A stretch of DNA of 64,000 bases from positions 333,827 through 397,826 of the forward strand of contig NMRA01000275.1 in the NCBI GenBank assembly GCA_002633005.1, read 5' to 3'. Source of the DNA: Phoronis australis (Eukaryota > Animalia > Phoronida). Shown piece by piece: positions 62,201 to 64,000 of this stretch. The first letter of the stretch is position 1, and every line of letters starts with the position of its first letter. The position numbers and the translations under genes are program-made. A model generated the notes under the pieces. The model ran no database searches and was not told where the DNA came from. It was given only the letters and a program-made list of their open reading frames with translations.

Positions 62201-63130
62201 ACGAACTTAACATCCTCCCTTTTCTGAAAGTTCTTACTCATCATGCAATGTTTATTTCTAAATTTAAGTTCTCCAGTCAGTCTTCAGCTACCTTACATGT
62301 CATCCAGTGGTGTCCAGTTTACTCAATACAAAACAGATGTCTTTAGTTTGTCATAAGACACAACTTCCAGCATAGTAACAAATTAGTGTAAACAGTTCAG
62401 TTAAGGGGAATTGTCAGAATTATATAATCAAAACAAGCACAAGCTCCTAAGGGATCTTCTAGTTAACAGTAGTAAATAGCTTCTAAGGGTCATCCAGTCA
62501 ACTCTGGGTGGACTATGAGAGTGACAAAAACAATGAGTGATTGGTGTTATTCTGACCAATTTCCTCAATGTGTATATCTCACAGGTGGTCACAAATGCAA
62601 TCGTACAATCTATAATTCTAGCTATCAGAGCCATAAAAGGTTGTGTTTTGAACTCAGCAATTCTAGTGAAAACCACGAACATGGCACATTGCTTGTATTC
62701 AACTCAATTACTCAAATCCAATGCCTGGCAATGGGCCCTCATTTTTGAGAAATTTTGCATTAACAACGAGCCCCTTATTCAAAATATGGATCTGATCCAC
62801 GAAATGAAGGACCACTACAATTGGAAAGTACCAAAAATGGAATAATCAACTGTAAATAAAGGTAAAAAAACAAAAACGCGCCTGTGTGTTGCATGCCATT
62901 GTACATGTATGATGACCGACAGTCGGGATTCCGACAAGCACTTCAACTGTTAATTAGGACCTAAATGATTGCCAATTTACAAGAAATCGTGAGTTCAATA
63001 AAGCAAACATACCCTCAACAATCCTGTCATACGTTGACTTGGGTAATTGTATTGTAAATTTCTTCGTATCCTCTTCGTTACTCAGCGTCAGTGACGTGAA
63101 GCCTTCGCAGGACGCTAATTCTTGGAAATC
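59254..63130 (-). CDS. Myb/SANT-like DNA-binding protein of the Harbinger element (spliced, open frame)
   Basis: Phase-compatible GT-AG exons ~63130-63013, 61344-61147, 60892-60703 (WNHQAVMMLL...KKQAWCKVAERLKEKG...CEKKFRSMRN) and 59638-59254 (FKIIKDKNSQTG..TWTYYQSMEEMF...coiled coil). The first in-frame ATG seen is at 61330 (252 aa). Confidence 0.75.
59950..60579 (+). repeat. Dispersed repeat copy 3, interrupted by an insert containing a ~62-bp tandem duplication
   Basis: Shares blocks with 17775 and 28775. TATTTAGCTTAGGTA.TTCCTGTA is duplicated at ~60114 and ~60178. Confidence 0.65.
62130..62680 (+). repeat. ~75-bp direct repeat pair in the Myb-gene intron
   Basis: ACAATCTATAATTCTA...TGTTTTGAACTC.GCAATTCTAGTGAAAACCACGAAC at ~62130 and ~62605. 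Confidence 0.75.
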
Positions 63131-63149
63131 TAAGTGAACATGCTCTCGA

Positions 63150-63250
63150 GGTTGTTTGCGAGCGCTCACGAGCGCTAACGTGAACACAGCTGTTCAGGAC
63201 GAGGGCGCTCAAATTGCTAGCGGGCGCTCACTCTATTGAACACGCTTCTG
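63150..63250. mobile_element. Probable right terminus/subterminal repeats of the Harbinger element
   Basis: Clustered GAGCGCT/GGGCGCTC repeats end in TATTGAACACGCTT|CTG upstream of the Myb gene. No matching left TIR was found. Confidence 0.4.
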
Positions 63251-64000
63251 GTCACAGCTGCCACTGGCACTGTTGGTTGCTGGTTGCACAATAAATGTGT
63301 TGAATTCTCCACTGGAGGTAAATGTCCTTTAAATTGCCATGTCTCTGGGTTCTTTGATGTGTTTCACACATGCTGCCACCATGTTATATTATGGATGGTT
63401 GTAGTAGACATTAGATAAACATAGATGAACTAAGAATGTGGTCGCGAAAATCGTTAGAGCCACGTGGAGAACTCGATCATAAGTTGCGTTGACAAACTTT
63501 ATTTGTTTCTTTCTTATAGTTACTCGGTTCAACTGTAACATACAAAAAAAACGTTCTATGAGACAATTGAACAATACGTTGGTCGTTTACAAAGTTACAA
63601 TACTAATATTAAACATTGCATATATTCTTATTCGGACAACGTCAAACTACTTCAGGCAACGCTAATTAAAGTTACAGAGTACGCGTTACAATTACGTTGA
63701 AGTACTGACTGTATACTGTAACAAAACTAAGTACAAAATACTTACACCAATTTGCGGCATATATCACGACTAAACTCAAAGCTCAAGATACATGTAAGGA
63801 CGTTGAAGCACGAATGAGCTAAGCTGGCGCGCGTTACAGCTATAAACTATGGTGCGCCGAGCAGTTTTTCATATGCAAAATTCTATTGAAGAATTAGTCA
63901 CGTGGAAAATATACGCGGTAGAAGCTGGAGAGCAAACACATAAACCANCCAACGGAATAAAGACTGTGAACAATGACAAGTGTCATGCATTTAACAAATT

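Noticed and set aside
30900-63250. Idea that the whole LTR block is cargo inside one giant Harbinger transposon
   Set aside because: No left TIR matching 63150-63250 and no N-terminal half of this transposase was found left of the block. The relic at 32 kb is a different family on the opposite strand.

Overview
Eukaryotic (animal) genomic DNA, AT-rich and intron-rich. The repeat repertoire suggests a marine invertebrate, probably a lophotrochozoan or mollusc (inference). Left half (1-30.3 kb): two head-to-head housekeeping genes reconstructed exon by exon. BRIX1 is on the minus strand (8 coding exons visible, 3' end off-window). Mitochondrial prolyl-tRNA synthetase PARS2 is on the plus strand (13 coding exons; exon 6 appears twice across an assembly N). 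Their introns are full of MITEs, Helentron-like repeats and a Penelope fragment. Right half: just downstream of PARS2 are decayed hAT and ISL2EU/Harbinger-like transposase relics. These lead into a ~22.7 kb block (34.7-57.4 kb) made almost entirely of nested, internally deleted LTR retrotransposons from all three superfamilies (Ty3/Gypsy, BEL/Pao, Ty1/Copia). All ~14-16 separable insertions have their coding strand on the minus strand. This architecture matches a flamenco-like unistrand piRNA cluster and is the most interesting feature, but it needs small-RNA confirmation. The block ends abruptly in a truncated PIF/Harbinger element whose spliced Myb/SANT gene is still open. All calls were made by eye from the sequence and ORF track; no database searches were run.
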